Counted from the stretch's first letter, positions 44,654 to 52,947 are shown. The stretch is 64,000 nucleotides of DNA from an uncultured Verrucomicrobia subdivision 3 bacterium (GCA_903878805.1 CAIRJF010000014.1:18426-82425); one strand, 5' to 3'. Notes: generated by a model from the sequence alone, not told the origin. A program made the numbers and translations.

Positions 44654-45616
44654 ATGTGGTTCAAGCGCGAACAAAATAAAAACCGCCGGCTGCACCGCCA
44701 TCATGTGCTGGACGTGAAGCTGCGCTCCGACCAGGTGCAGGCGACTCGGCTGCGGCTGGCGCTGCTTGCGCTGATGGTTCCGCTTATCACCGTGCTGGCG
44801 CTGTATCTCGTGTGGCGCGTCGGCGAGGCGACGCTCAATGCTTTTGTTTACGACAACGCTGATTTTGCCATCTTGCAGATTGACGTGCAGACGGACGGCG
44901 TGATCGCGCCGGATCAGTTGCGCCGTTGGACCGGCGTGAAGCCGGGGGCAAACCTCATCGCCCTCGACCTCGCGGCGGTGAAGCGCAACCTCGAACTGGT
45001 CTCGCTGATTGATTCGGTTTCCGTCGAACGCGTGCTGCCGCGCACGTTGCGAATCCGCGTGACGGAGCGCGACCCGATTGCGCAGGTCAATGTGCCGCGC
45101 GCGGATGGCGCGAACGGTATTGCTGTTTCCGTTTTTCAACTCGACGCGGACGGCATGGTGATGCAGCCGCTTGACCCGCGGCTTTGCACGGTTCCGCTGG
45201 CGCAGATGAACTCGGAGTTGCCGGTTATCGAAGGTGTCAATGCGTTTCAATTGCAGCCGGGTCGGCGCATAGAATTGGCGCAGGTGCAGGCGGCGGTGCA
45301 GTTGATCGCCGCGTTTGCGAAATCGCCGATGGCGGGGCTGGTGGATTTGCGGCGCGTGGATGTTTCCGCGCCGGGCGTGCTGGTGGCGACGACGGAGCAG
45401 GGCAGCGTGGTCACTTTCGGCCTCGACCGTTTCGACCAGCAATTGCAGCGCTGGCGGCAGATTTATGATTTGGGACTGCGCCAGCAGCGGGCGATTGGAT
45501 CGGTGGATTTGGCGGTGGCGAACAATGTGCCGGTGCGTTGGATGCTGGCCAGCGCCGCGCCGGCGGGCGGGCTGCCCAAGGCGGTGAAACCTAAAAACCG
45601 GAGAAAAAATGTTTGA
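44654..45616 (+). CDS. ftsQ: Cell division protein FtsQ (POTRA domain)
   Basis: N-terminal TM and a POTRA-like region (LRIRVTERDPIAQV). Sits between ddl and ftsA. Confidence 0.75.
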   Translation: MWFKREQNKNRRLHRHHVLDVKLRSDQVQATRLRLALLALMVPLITVLALYLVWRVGEATLNAFVYDNADFAILQIDVQTDGVIAPDQLRRWTGVKPGANLIALDLAAVKRNLELVSLIDSVSVERVLPRTLRIRVTERDPIAQVNVPRADGANGIAVSVFQLDADGMVMQPLDPRLCTVPLAQMNSELPVIEGVNAFQLQPGRRIELAQVQAAVQLIAAFAKSPMAGLVDLRRVDVSAPGVLVATTEQGSVVTFGLDRFDQQLQRWRQIYDLGLRQQRAIGSVDLAVANNVPVRWMLASAAPAGGLPKAVKPKNRRKNV

Positions 45617-46832
45617 CGATTCCAACATCATTGCCGGCCTCGAAATTGGCACTTCGAAAATCTGCATCGTTGTCGGCGAGCAGAATGCCGACGGCGCGCT
45701 GAACATCATTGGCCTCGGCCAGGCGCGCTCGCGCGGCGTGCGCAAGGGCGAAATCTGCAACACCGAGCAGGTCGAGGAAGATTTGCGCGCGGCCATCTTC
45801 GAGGCCGAGCAGATGGCCGATGTGGAAATCCGCAGTGTTTATCTGGGCGTGAGCGGCGGACATATTCGCGGTTTCAACAATCGCGGCGTGCATCCGGTGG
45901 TTTCCGCCGACCGCGAAATTTCGCAGGACGATGTTGATGACGTGGTGAAAAATGCGAAGGCCATTAATTTGCCCGCCGAGAACACGATTATTAACCACGT
46001 CCGCCAGCATTTTTATGTGGACGGGCAGGACGGCGTGACAAATCCCGTCGGGATGCTCGGCGCGCGGCTGGAAGTGGACATGCACGTCATCCACGGCCAC
46101 GCCAACCGGCTCCAGAATGTCATCCGCCTCGTTCGCGCGACTTCGCTTACGGTGGACGATGTGGTCTTCAACGGCGTTGCCACATCGCTCGCGCTGTTGA
46201 CGAATGAGCAGAAGGAACTCGGCGCGCTCGTCATTGACATTGGCGGCGGCACGACGGAATTCGTCGCGTATTCCGACGGCATCATCCGGCATTCCGGCGT
46301 GCTGGCGGTCGGCGGCGACCATGTTTCCAACGATCTGGCCTACGGTCTGAAAGTGCCGTTGAGCCGCGCAGAAAAATTGAAGCTGGAACACGGCACTGCG
46401 ATTCCCACCGAGGCCGGGCGCGGCCAGACCATCAGCATCACCAACGAACTTGGCCTCGAACTCAAGCGCATCAATGTCGAGCATCTCCAGAAAATCATGT
46501 CGCTGCGGCTCGAGGAAATTTTCCAGCTCATTGCGCAGGACTTGGAGCAGGCCGGGCTGACCGATTACATGCGCGCCGGCGTTTTTCTCTGCGGCGGCGG
46601 CTCGCGGGTGCGCGGCCTCGTGCCGCTGGCGGAAAATGTTTTTCAAATGAACGTCACGCCCGGCCATGCTTGTGCCGTGAGCGGGCTGACGGCGGCGCTT
46701 GACCAGCCGGAATTTGCCGCCGCCATCGGCCTAGTGAAATACGGCTCGCTGCGCAACCGCAGCCGCAGCGCGCGACCGTCATTCGTGACCGGCATCAAAG
46801 GCGTGTTCGGAAAATTGCTGCCGCGCAACTGA
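45609..46832 (+). CDS. ftsA: Cell division protein FtsA
   Basis: Actin-fold motifs GLEIGTSKICIVVGE, VIDIGGGTTEF, GVFLCGGGS. Confidence 0.9.
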   Translation: MFDDSNIIAGLEIGTSKICIVVGEQNADGALNIIGLGQARSRGVRKGEICNTEQVEEDLRAAIFEAEQMADVEIRSVYLGVSGGHIRGFNNRGVHPVVSADREISQDDVDDVVKNAKAINLPAENTIINHVRQHFYVDGQDGVTNPVGMLGARLEVDMHVIHGHANRLQNVIRLVRATSLTVDDVVFNGVATSLALLTNEQKELGALVIDIGGGTTEFVAYSDGIIRHSGVLAVGGDHVSNDLAYGLKVPLSRAEKLKLEHGTAIPTEAGRGQTISITNELGLELKRINVEHLQKIMSLRLEEIFQLIAQDLEQAGLTDYMRAGVFLCGGGSRVRGLVPLAENVFQMNVTPGHACAVSGLTAALDQPEFAAAIGLVKYGSLRNRSRSARPSFVTGIKGVFGKLLPRN

Positions 46833-46836
46833 AAGG

Positions 46837-48054
46837 TTGAACATGGAAAATCAACATCCGCTTTTTGAAACGCCGGAAATTTCCGGCCAGCCCTCCGTGC
46901 GCATCATCGCCGTCGGCAATGCCGGCGACGCGTTGCTCGGCGCGCTCTCCACGACGGAATTTGCCGGTGCGGCATTCGCCGCCATCAACACCGATGCCGC
47001 CGCGCTCGCCGCATCCTCCGCCAAGGTGAAGATCCATCTCGAAAATAAATTATTCCGCGGCCTCGGTTCCGGCGGCGACCCCGAACGCGGCAAGGCGCTC
47101 GCCGAAGAACAATTTTCCATGCTCAAATCCGCCTGCGAAGGTGCGAACGTCGTTTTCATCCTCGCCGGTCTCGGTGGCGGCGCGGGTAGTGGGATTTCGC
47201 CGGTGCTGGCCAAAGCCGCGCACGAAGCTGGCGCGCTCGTGCTGGCGTTCGTCACGCTGCCGTTCGAATGCGAAGGCAACCGCCGCGAAGCGCAGGCGCA
47301 GACCGCGTTGGAACAATTAAAATCCGCCGCCGACGGCGTCATCTGTTTGCCGAGCCAGAAAATTTTCAAGCTCATTGACGAGAACTCCACCCTCGTCGAA
47401 ACCTTCCGAGTCACCGGCGGATTTCTCACCGAAGGCGTGCGCGGCGTGTGGTCGCTGCTCTCGCGGCCGGGGATTATTCCCGTTCACTTTGGCGATCTGT
47501 GCCAGTTGCTCCGCGACCGCCATGCGGAAAACGCCTTTGCCTTTGTCGAAGCCTCCGGGCCGGGGCGCGCGCGTGAAGTGGTGGAAAAAATTCTCAACCA
47601 TCCGCTGCTTGACGAAGGCCGCGCCCTCGCGGAATCCGATGCCGTGCTCGTGAGTCTGACGGCGGGCAAAGATTTGACCATGGCCGAGATCAACCGCGTG
47701 ATGGAACAGGTCAAGCGCCAGTGCGTGCACGCCCAGATTGTCATGGGCGCCTCGGCGGATGCGGGTTTGCAGGATAAACTCTGCGTCACCATCATCGCTG
47801 CGCGCCAGAATGCCGCCAGCAGTGTGACCCCGCGGGCGGAGAGCCACAGCGCGACCGCCACTGCCACCCACTCGCATCGGGAACCGGCGTTGCCGCGCCA
47901 GCGCAAACGCGGGACGGTGGCCAAAGCGGTGCAGGGACAACTGCCGTTGACGATTATCTCCAAAGGCCGGTTCGACAAGAGCGAACCGACGTTGCATCGC
48001 GGCGAAGATCTGGACATCCCGACCTTTATCCGCCGCGGCGTGGCAATGAATTAA
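46837..48054 (+). CDS. ftsZ: Cell division protein FtsZ (divergent)
   Basis: Tubulin/FtsZ fold is recognisable (AINTDAAAL, GLGSGGDPERG, AGLGGGAGSG, LPFECEGNRR). C-terminal DLDIPTFIRRG anchor peptide. Last gene of the dcw cluster. Several GTP-contact motifs are altered (see findings). Confidence 0.8.
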   Translation: MNMENQHPLFETPEISGQPSVRIIAVGNAGDALLGALSTTEFAGAAFAAINTDAAALAASSAKVKIHLENKLFRGLGSGGDPERGKALAEEQFSMLKSACEGANVVFILAGLGGGAGSGISPVLAKAAHEAGALVLAFVTLPFECEGNRREAQAQTALEQLKSAADGVICLPSQKIFKLIDENSTLVETFRVTGGFLTEGVRGVWSLLSRPGIIPVHFGDLCQLLRDRHAENAFAFVEASGPGRAREVVEKILNHPLLDEGRALAESDAVLVSLTAGKDLTMAEINRVMEQVKRQCVHAQIVMGASADAGLQDKLCVTIIAARQNAASSVTPRAESHSATATATHSHREPALPRQRKRGTVAKAVQGQLPLTIISKGRFDKSEPTLHRGEDLDIPTFIRRGVAMN

Positions 48055-48056
48055 CT

Positions 48057-48410
48057 TCAATTTCGCGACCAGGCGGTGAGCACGTTGTTCGTGCCGAAGA
48101 TCAGGCGGAGTTTGCTTTCGCGATAAGTCGGGGTGGATTGCATGACCCCGACGCCCATGCCGCCGTTGTAATAGCCTGTGCCGAGGCCAACGCTGCCGCC
48201 GGTGGTGTAACGCGAAACCCATTCTGCGACCGTTGTGCCGTCGGTCAGTTTCGCCTGCTTATCGGGCGGGCCGAGTTCCGTCACCGCGTGGTCAAAGGTG
48301 AAAACACCCACGCGGGCGTTCCAATCCACGCTGTGCGTGGCGCAGCCGAAGATGAAGAGTGCGATGAGGAGCGTAAGAATTTTGCCGGCGAAATTTTTCT
48401 TCATGGACAC
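48057..48410 (-). CDS. Small lipoprotein, Gly-rich
   Basis: Lipobox LFIFGC after a basic n-region. 117 aa. Confidence 0.65.
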   Translation of the reverse strand: MSMKKNFAGKILTLLIALFIFGCATHSVDWNARVGVFTFDHAVTELGPPDKQAKLTDGTTVAEWVSRYTTGGSVGLGTGYYNGGMGVGVMQSTPTYRESKLRLIFGTNNVLTAWSRN

Positions 48411-48506
48411 AATCTAATCGCCCGACCAGCTTAACGCAAAGGGGAAAACCGATAAGGAATGCAGGAAAGCAGGACAAGAAATTCCGTTCCTAAATTCATG
48501 CTTTCC

Positions 48507-49424
48507 TCATTCATTTGGTTTGGTCGTGAAACCTGCGACGACGGGGCGATGGTCGGAGCCGACGCCCCAGTTGGCAATTACAGGAATAAAACTTTCGTGT
48601 GCGAGCCAGAATGGTTTCATCGCGGGACTCAATAAAATGTAATCAATGCGGCTGTAAGTGTCGTTTTTGCCAAAGTAATACGTCCAACTGACGTTGCGCG
48701 GCTCGAAGTAGGGCGGTTCGCCGTGGGCGTTGTCGCCGTTGCGCTCGGCGGGGCGCGTGTCGAACAGTTTGGTTTTGCCGTGACCGATGATTTGCCGGAT
48801 GGCAGACGAATCTTTTTCGTCGTTGAAATCGCCGAGGACGATGAGCCTGGCCTCGGGATTTTGAGCGAGCCGCGCATCAACAAGGTTACGCAATACTTTC
48901 GCTTCGCCGAGGCGTTCCTCGGCCTCGTCCGCGTCGGGCGTGATGAGATGTGATTTCAGGTGCGCGGCGATGAGCGTGAAAGTGAAGTTGGTTGCGGACT
49001 GGATGTCCACTTCCGCGAAGCCGCGCTTCACCTGAAAGCGTTTGCCGTCGAGCAGATAGGATTCGTTCGTGTGCGGCCGCCGCGCGACGATGGGAAATTT
49101 GCTCAACACGGCGAGGTGGATGTTGGTGTCGAAACTTTGCACGTGTTCCCAGAATGGAAAATCGAGTCCCTCGGCCTTGAGTGAGGCGCGCAATTCCAGC
49201 AGCGCGTTGGTCGTGCCCATTTCCTCGAGCGCGAGCACATCGGGATTGATGGCGCGGATGGTTTCGCGAATTTTCGCTTTGGCCTCGGCGGTTTTGACTT
49301 GGGAACGCGAGGCGGTCGGCTGGTCGAGATAATTTTCGACGTTGTAAGTCGCGACGCGGAAAGTGTCGGCGAAGGAATTCAGGTCAGCCAGTAGTAAAAT
49401 GAGAAGGGCAAGGCGACGAATCAT
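48507..49424 (-). CDS. Secreted endonuclease/exonuclease/phosphatase (EEP) family protein
   Basis: Signal peptide MIRRLALLILLLADLNSFA, FRVATYNVENY, LALEEMG, SDHRPV. The ORF is open to 49481. Confidence 0.8.
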   Translation of the reverse strand: MIRRLALLILLLADLNSFADTFRVATYNVENYLDQPTASRSQVKTAEAKAKIRETIRAINPDVLALEEMGTTNALLELRASLKAEGLDFPFWEHVQSFDTNIHLAVLSKFPIVARRPHTNESYLLDGKRFQVKRGFAEVDIQSATNFTFTLIAAHLKSHLITPDADEAEERLGEAKVLRNLVDARLAQNPEARLIVLGDFNDEKDSSAIRQIIGHGKTKLFDTRPAERNGDNAHGEPPYFEPRNVSWTYYFGKNDTYSRIDYILLSPAMKPFWLAHESFIPVIANWGVGSDHRPVVAGFTTKPNE

Positions 49425-49570
49425 GCGGCAGATTAAATAGGACGGGCGTCGGACGAAAGAAAAACTGTTGAAATCGGCCAATAAAACCGGGGTTTTAATG
49501 GGCGAAAAATATTTTGAACAAATTGATGGTGGCTCGGTCTATTATTCTGATTGGTTTGGGTTATGGGTTA

Positions 49571-49613
49571 AAGCGCCTGACTTTTATTGGGTTTTAGTCA
49601 GGCGCTTTTTTTT
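49571..49613 (+). terminator. Intrinsic-terminator-like hairpin inside the folE2 5' leader (attenuator/riboswitch expression-platform candidate)
   Basis: aagcgcctgac-(15-nt loop)-gtcaggcgctt, an 11-bp perfect stem, followed by a T8 run. It ends 34 nt upstream of the folE2 ATG, and no upstream + strand gene exists to terminate. Confidence 0.55.
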
Positions 49614-49646
49614 GCCCAAATCGGACTAACCTGCTATTTTTCACCC

Positions 49647-50498
49647 ATGTCTCGAAAAGCCAAAAGCAAAGTTTCCCCGCTGAAGTTGGACGACAAGCAA
49701 AGTGAGCGCGATACGCGCGAACTGAACATTGATAAAGTCGGCGTTCGCGGGCTGCGGTTTCCCATCCAAGTGCGCGACCGCGTTCGCCGTATTCAAAACA
49801 CCGTGGCGACGCTGGGGATGTTCGTGGATTTGCCGAAAGAATTCAAAGGCACGCACATGAGCCGGTTTGTCGAAGTGCTCACGTCGCACGGCAATGTCAT
49901 CCACGTTGAGAACATCACGGAGATTCTGCAGGAGTTGCAGCGGAAACTGAATTCCGCCACATCGCACTTGGAAATTGAGTTTCCGTATTTCATGAGCAAG
50001 AAGTCACCGGTGTCGCGGCGGGAAAGTTTGATGGATTACGTGGCGCGTTTCGACGCGGCGGCGTGCGGGAAAGAAACGGATTTCGTTTTGACGGTGAAGG
50101 TGAACGTGACGACGCTGTGTCCGTGTTCCAAGGCGATTGCCAAATACGGCGCGCACAATCAGCGCGGCGAGGTGACGGTGGCCTTGCGCTTCAGGAAAAC
50201 GGTGTGGATCGAGGAAGTCATCGAGATGATCGAAGCGTCGGCGAGTTCGGAACTTTACGCATTGCTCAAGCGCCAAGACGAAAAAGCGGTGACCGAACGC
50301 GCATATGAAAATCCGGTGTTCGTCGAAGATTTAGTGCGCAACGTGGCGCTGCGGCTCAACGCACATCCGCTGGTGACTTGGTATAAAGTTGAGGCGGAGA
50401 ACTTCGAGAGCATCCACAATCACAACGCTTATGCGTGCATTGAGCGTCGTCCGGAAATCCGCATCAAAATGGCCAAACTGCCGGCGGGAAAGCGTTGA
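49647..50498 (+). CDS. folE2: GTP cyclohydrolase FolE2 (GCYH-IB)
   Basis: IDKVGVRGLRFPI, GTHMSRF, LCPCSK, GAHNQRG motifs. Start at MSRKAKSK (49647), not 49587, which would translate the hairpin. Confidence 0.88.
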   Translation: MSRKAKSKVSPLKLDDKQSERDTRELNIDKVGVRGLRFPIQVRDRVRRIQNTVATLGMFVDLPKEFKGTHMSRFVEVLTSHGNVIHVENITEILQELQRKLNSATSHLEIEFPYFMSKKSPVSRRESLMDYVARFDAAACGKETDFVLTVKVNVTTLCPCSKAIAKYGAHNQRGEVTVALRFRKTVWIEEVIEMIEASASSELYALLKRQDEKAVTERAYENPVFVEDLVRNVALRLNAHPLVTWYKVEAENFESIHNHNAYACIERRPEIRIKMAKLPAGKR

Positions 50499-50603
50499 AA
50501 GCAGCGAAAATTTCCAAAAATTTGTGTGGCGTATTTGATTCCTTTTGATACATTCCCGCGCTCTTGATGAACTGGCATTGTTGCCAGGAATAATTTTAAT
50601 TTT

Positions 50604-51200
50604 GTGACCGCAAAGAAAAAAATGTCTAAAAAACCTGCCGCGCGCAGTAAATCGCAGGCTGTTGCCACGTCGGCCGCCATCTTGGGTCGCCCGGTGGCCA
50701 AGGCCAGCGCCGGTCCCGATTTGAAGAAAGTGAAACCGGAATGGCAAAAGTTCTGTCTCCATTTGCTGGAGTTGCGTGAGCAATTGACCAAGCAGATGAG
50801 CGGCCTCGCCGAAGAATCGGCGCAGGAAATGGCCGGTTACAGTCTGCACATGGCGGATTCCGGCACGGATAATTTTGACCGCGATTTTGCGTTGAGCTTG
50901 TTGTCGTCCGATCAGGACGCGGTTTTTGAAATTGAGGAAGCGCTCAAGCGCATCGAACGCAAGACGTATGGCGTTTGCGAATTGACCGGGAAAAATATTC
51001 CCAAGGCGCGTCTCGAAGCGATTCCGTGGACCCGTTTTACGGTGGACGCACAGGCGCAACTCGAACGTGAAGGGGCGTTGAAATCCCGTCGCCTAGGCGC
51101 ACTTGGAACGATAGATGCCGTCGGTGCCACCACGGATGTGGACGGCGACGATGACGAACACGGCGACGAACCGGCAAAAGCAAACAAAGACAAAGAATAA
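50604..51200 (+). CDS. TraR/DksA-family protein lacking the 4-Cys zinc finger (DksA2-like C-minus form) with acidic tail
   Basis: YGVCELTGKNIPKARLEAIPWTRFTVDAQ aligns to the DksA C4 finger, but only the first Cys is kept. A coiled-coil region precedes it. Confidence 0.7.
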   Translation: MTAKKKMSKKPAARSKSQAVATSAAILGRPVAKASAGPDLKKVKPEWQKFCLHLLELREQLTKQMSGLAEESAQEMAGYSLHMADSGTDNFDRDFALSLLSSDQDAVFEIEEALKRIERKTYGVCELTGKNIPKARLEAIPWTRFTVDAQAQLEREGALKSRRLGALGTIDAVGATTDVDGDDDEHGDEPAKANKDKE

Positions 51201-51203
51201 TTT

Positions 51204-51371
51204 ATGGCTCGCGAAACCATCACCATCGAATGCTCGGAAGCACGCAAGGAAGGCAAGTCGCCTTCGCGCTACACCACCAGCCGCAATAAAAAATTGCAGA
51301 CGGAAAAGCTGGAAGTGAAAAAATACAACCCCGCGCTCCGCCGCCACACCTTGCACAAGGAGATTAAATAA
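51204..51371 (+). CDS. rpmG: 50S ribosomal protein L33, Cys-less (C-minus) form
   Basis: 55-aa ORF, below the track cutoff. [55 protein letters not shown]. The CxxC pairs are replaced (CSEA, NPAL). Confidence 0.85.
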   Translation: MARETITIECSEARKEGKSPSRYTTSRNKKLQTEKLEVKKYNPALRRHTLHKEIK

Positions 51372-51374
51372 TTT

Positions 51375-51632
51375 ATGCCCCGCAAGACCAATACCGATAA
51401 GAAGACTGACAAGCGCGGCAAGAGCGTCCGCGAACAGCGCACGCCGCGCCCGAAGCCGAAGTGCGATTTCACCATTGACGCGCTCGACTACAAGAACGTC
51501 ACCTTGCTCCGCACCTTCGTGACGGATCAGGGCCGCATCCTGCCGCGCAAATACACCGGCCTGCCCGCGCCGTATCAACGGCGCATGACCGCCGCCATCA
51601 AGCGCGCGCGTCAGATGCTGTTGATGAAGTAA
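51375..51632 (+). CDS. rpsR: 30S ribosomal protein S18
   Basis: [47 protein letters not shown]. Confidence 0.9.
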   Translation: MPRKTNTDKKTDKRGKSVREQRTPRPKPKCDFTIDALDYKNVTLLRTFVTDQGRILPRKYTGLPAPYQRRMTAAIKRARQMLLMK

Positions 51633-51641
51633 TTCTCCCGC

Positions 51642-51678
51642 CGCCTCGTTTCGCCAACGTGAAACGGGGCGTTTTTTT
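51642..51678 (+). terminator. Rho-independent terminator after rpsR
   Basis: cgcctcgtttc-(8-nt loop)-gaaacggggcg (11 bp, one mismatch) followed by T7. Confidence 0.7.
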
Positions 51679-51679
51679 C

Positions 51680-51706
51680 TGCAAATCAGTTGCAAACGAT
51701 TTGCAA
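51680..51706. promoter_or_regulatory. Overlapping palindromes upstream of the ZIP-fur operon (candidate Fur/Zur box)
   Basis: TGCAA-atcag-TTGCA overlapping a perfect TTGCAAA-cga-TTTGCAA (51690-51706), 25 nt upstream of the ZIP start. Confidence 0.45.
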
Positions 51707-51730
51707 TTAAATCAAACTGCTGCTGTCACC

Positions 51731-52459
51731 ATGGAATACTTTGTTTTACTTTCGAGCATCGCCCTCGGCGCACTTACCGTTTTCTGGTTGCGCTTGACCG
51801 ATGCTAAACGCGTGAAGGTGCTCAATGCCTTCACCGGTTCGTATTTGCTCACGCTGGTGATGTTGCATCTGTTGCCGGATTTGTATGAACCGGAAGCTGG
51901 CGTCGCGCTGAAACCACTGGTCATCGGCGGATTCATTCTTTTTGGTTTCTTTCTGCAAATCGCGATGGATTCCATTTCGATGGGGATTGAACACGGACAC
52001 GCGCACGAAATCCATGGGCGGATGGCTTTCGGAATTCTTGCCGGCTTGTGTATACACGCATTTGTCGAGGCGCTCGCGCTTGGCAAATCGCCGGAACACC
52101 AGACCGCACACGATCTGGCCGCGCATCATTTTCTGCTCGTCAGTGTTGTCGTGCATAATTATCCCATCTCCATCGCGCTGCTGGGAATGCTGCTGCAAAG
52201 CGGCATGAAAAAATCATCTGCGCTGCTGTGCCTCGGCCTGTTCGCCGTCATGGCGCCGATTGGAATGTTTACCAGCAGCTACACCGGCCTCGCAGTCTAT
52301 TCGCGCTACCTGATGGCGATTGTCATTGGCATTTTCATGCACATTTCTACGACCATTTTGTTCGAGAGCGAAGATCACCACCGCGTTCCGGTCGGGAAAA
52401 TGATTGCCATCATCGTCGGCCTGATTTTGGGAATCGCCTGCGTCATTTTTGAAGCATGA
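51731..52459 (+). CDS. ZIP-family divalent metal (zinc) transporter
   Basis: Polytopic. His-rich loop GIEHGHAHEIHG and the HAFVEALALG motif. ATG at 51731 (MEYFVLL). Confidence 0.8.
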   Translation: MEYFVLLSSIALGALTVFWLRLTDAKRVKVLNAFTGSYLLTLVMLHLLPDLYEPEAGVALKPLVIGGFILFGFFLQIAMDSISMGIEHGHAHEIHGRMAFGILAGLCIHAFVEALALGKSPEHQTAHDLAAHHFLLVSVVVHNYPISIALLGMLLQSGMKKSSALLCLGLFAVMAPIGMFTSSYTGLAVYSRYLMAIVIGIFMHISTTILFESEDHHRVPVGKMIAIIVGLILGIACVIFEA

Positions 52460-52917
52460 AGAAAACCTGCGCACACAAGCATGCGGAGAAAAAGCAGGAA
52501 CTATCTTCGCTAACCGGACGGCTACGCCGCGAAGCGCATAAAATCACGAGCCCTCGCGCCGCGATTCTTGAAATTTTACGCCACCACGCGCATCCGCTGA
52601 CGAACAAGGAAATTTTTGCTGAACTGCCGAAAGGCGAATGCGACCTCGCCACGATTTACCGTGCGATGCAATTAATGGAAGAACTGGGAATGGTGAAGCG
52701 CTTTGACTTTGGGGATGGTTCCGCGCGGTTCAAACTGGTCGGCGAAGGCGACGAAAGCCACCATCATCATCTGATCTGCACCCGCTGCGCCGAGGTGGTG
52801 GAGATTGGAGAATGTTTTCCCGAGGAAATCGAGCGCCGGATTGCGAGAGCGAATGGATTCACCGGTGTGACCCACCGGCTTGAATTTTTTGGCCTCTGCC
52901 CCGGCTGCCAGAAATGA
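52456..52917 (+). CDS. Fur-family metalloregulator (Zur suggested by context)
   Basis: Winged-helix N-terminal domain, HHHHLICTRC and GLCPGC (two CxxC). ATGA overlap with the ZIP gene. Confidence 0.8.
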   Translation: MKKTCAHKHAEKKQELSSLTGRLRREAHKITSPRAAILEILRHHAHPLTNKEIFAELPKGECDLATIYRAMQLMEELGMVKRFDFGDGSARFKLVGEGDESHHHHLICTRCAEVVEIGECFPEEIERRIARANGFTGVTHRLEFFGLCPGCQK

Positions 52918-52921
52918 AAAA

Positions 52922-52941
52922 GGCGGCGATTACTCGCCGCC
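52922..52941 (-). terminator. Hairpin terminator serving the minus-strand small ORF/prmA operon
   Basis: ggcggcga-ttac-tcgccgcc (8-bp stem). On the minus strand it is followed by TTTTT. Confidence 0.5.
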
Positions 52942-52947
52942 GACATC

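Noticed and set aside
44075-45796. 573-aa minus-strand ORF across ddl, ftsQ and the ftsA start
   Set aside because: It is antisense to three well-supported dcw genes and has the extreme Arg/His/Gln content typical of shadow ORFs.
49550-49595. GGGTTA/TGGGTT repeats in the folE2 leader resembling telomere-like or MraZ-box repeats
   Set aside because: There are only three irregularly spaced copies in AT-rich sequence. They are mentioned under the leader finding but not called as an independent feature.
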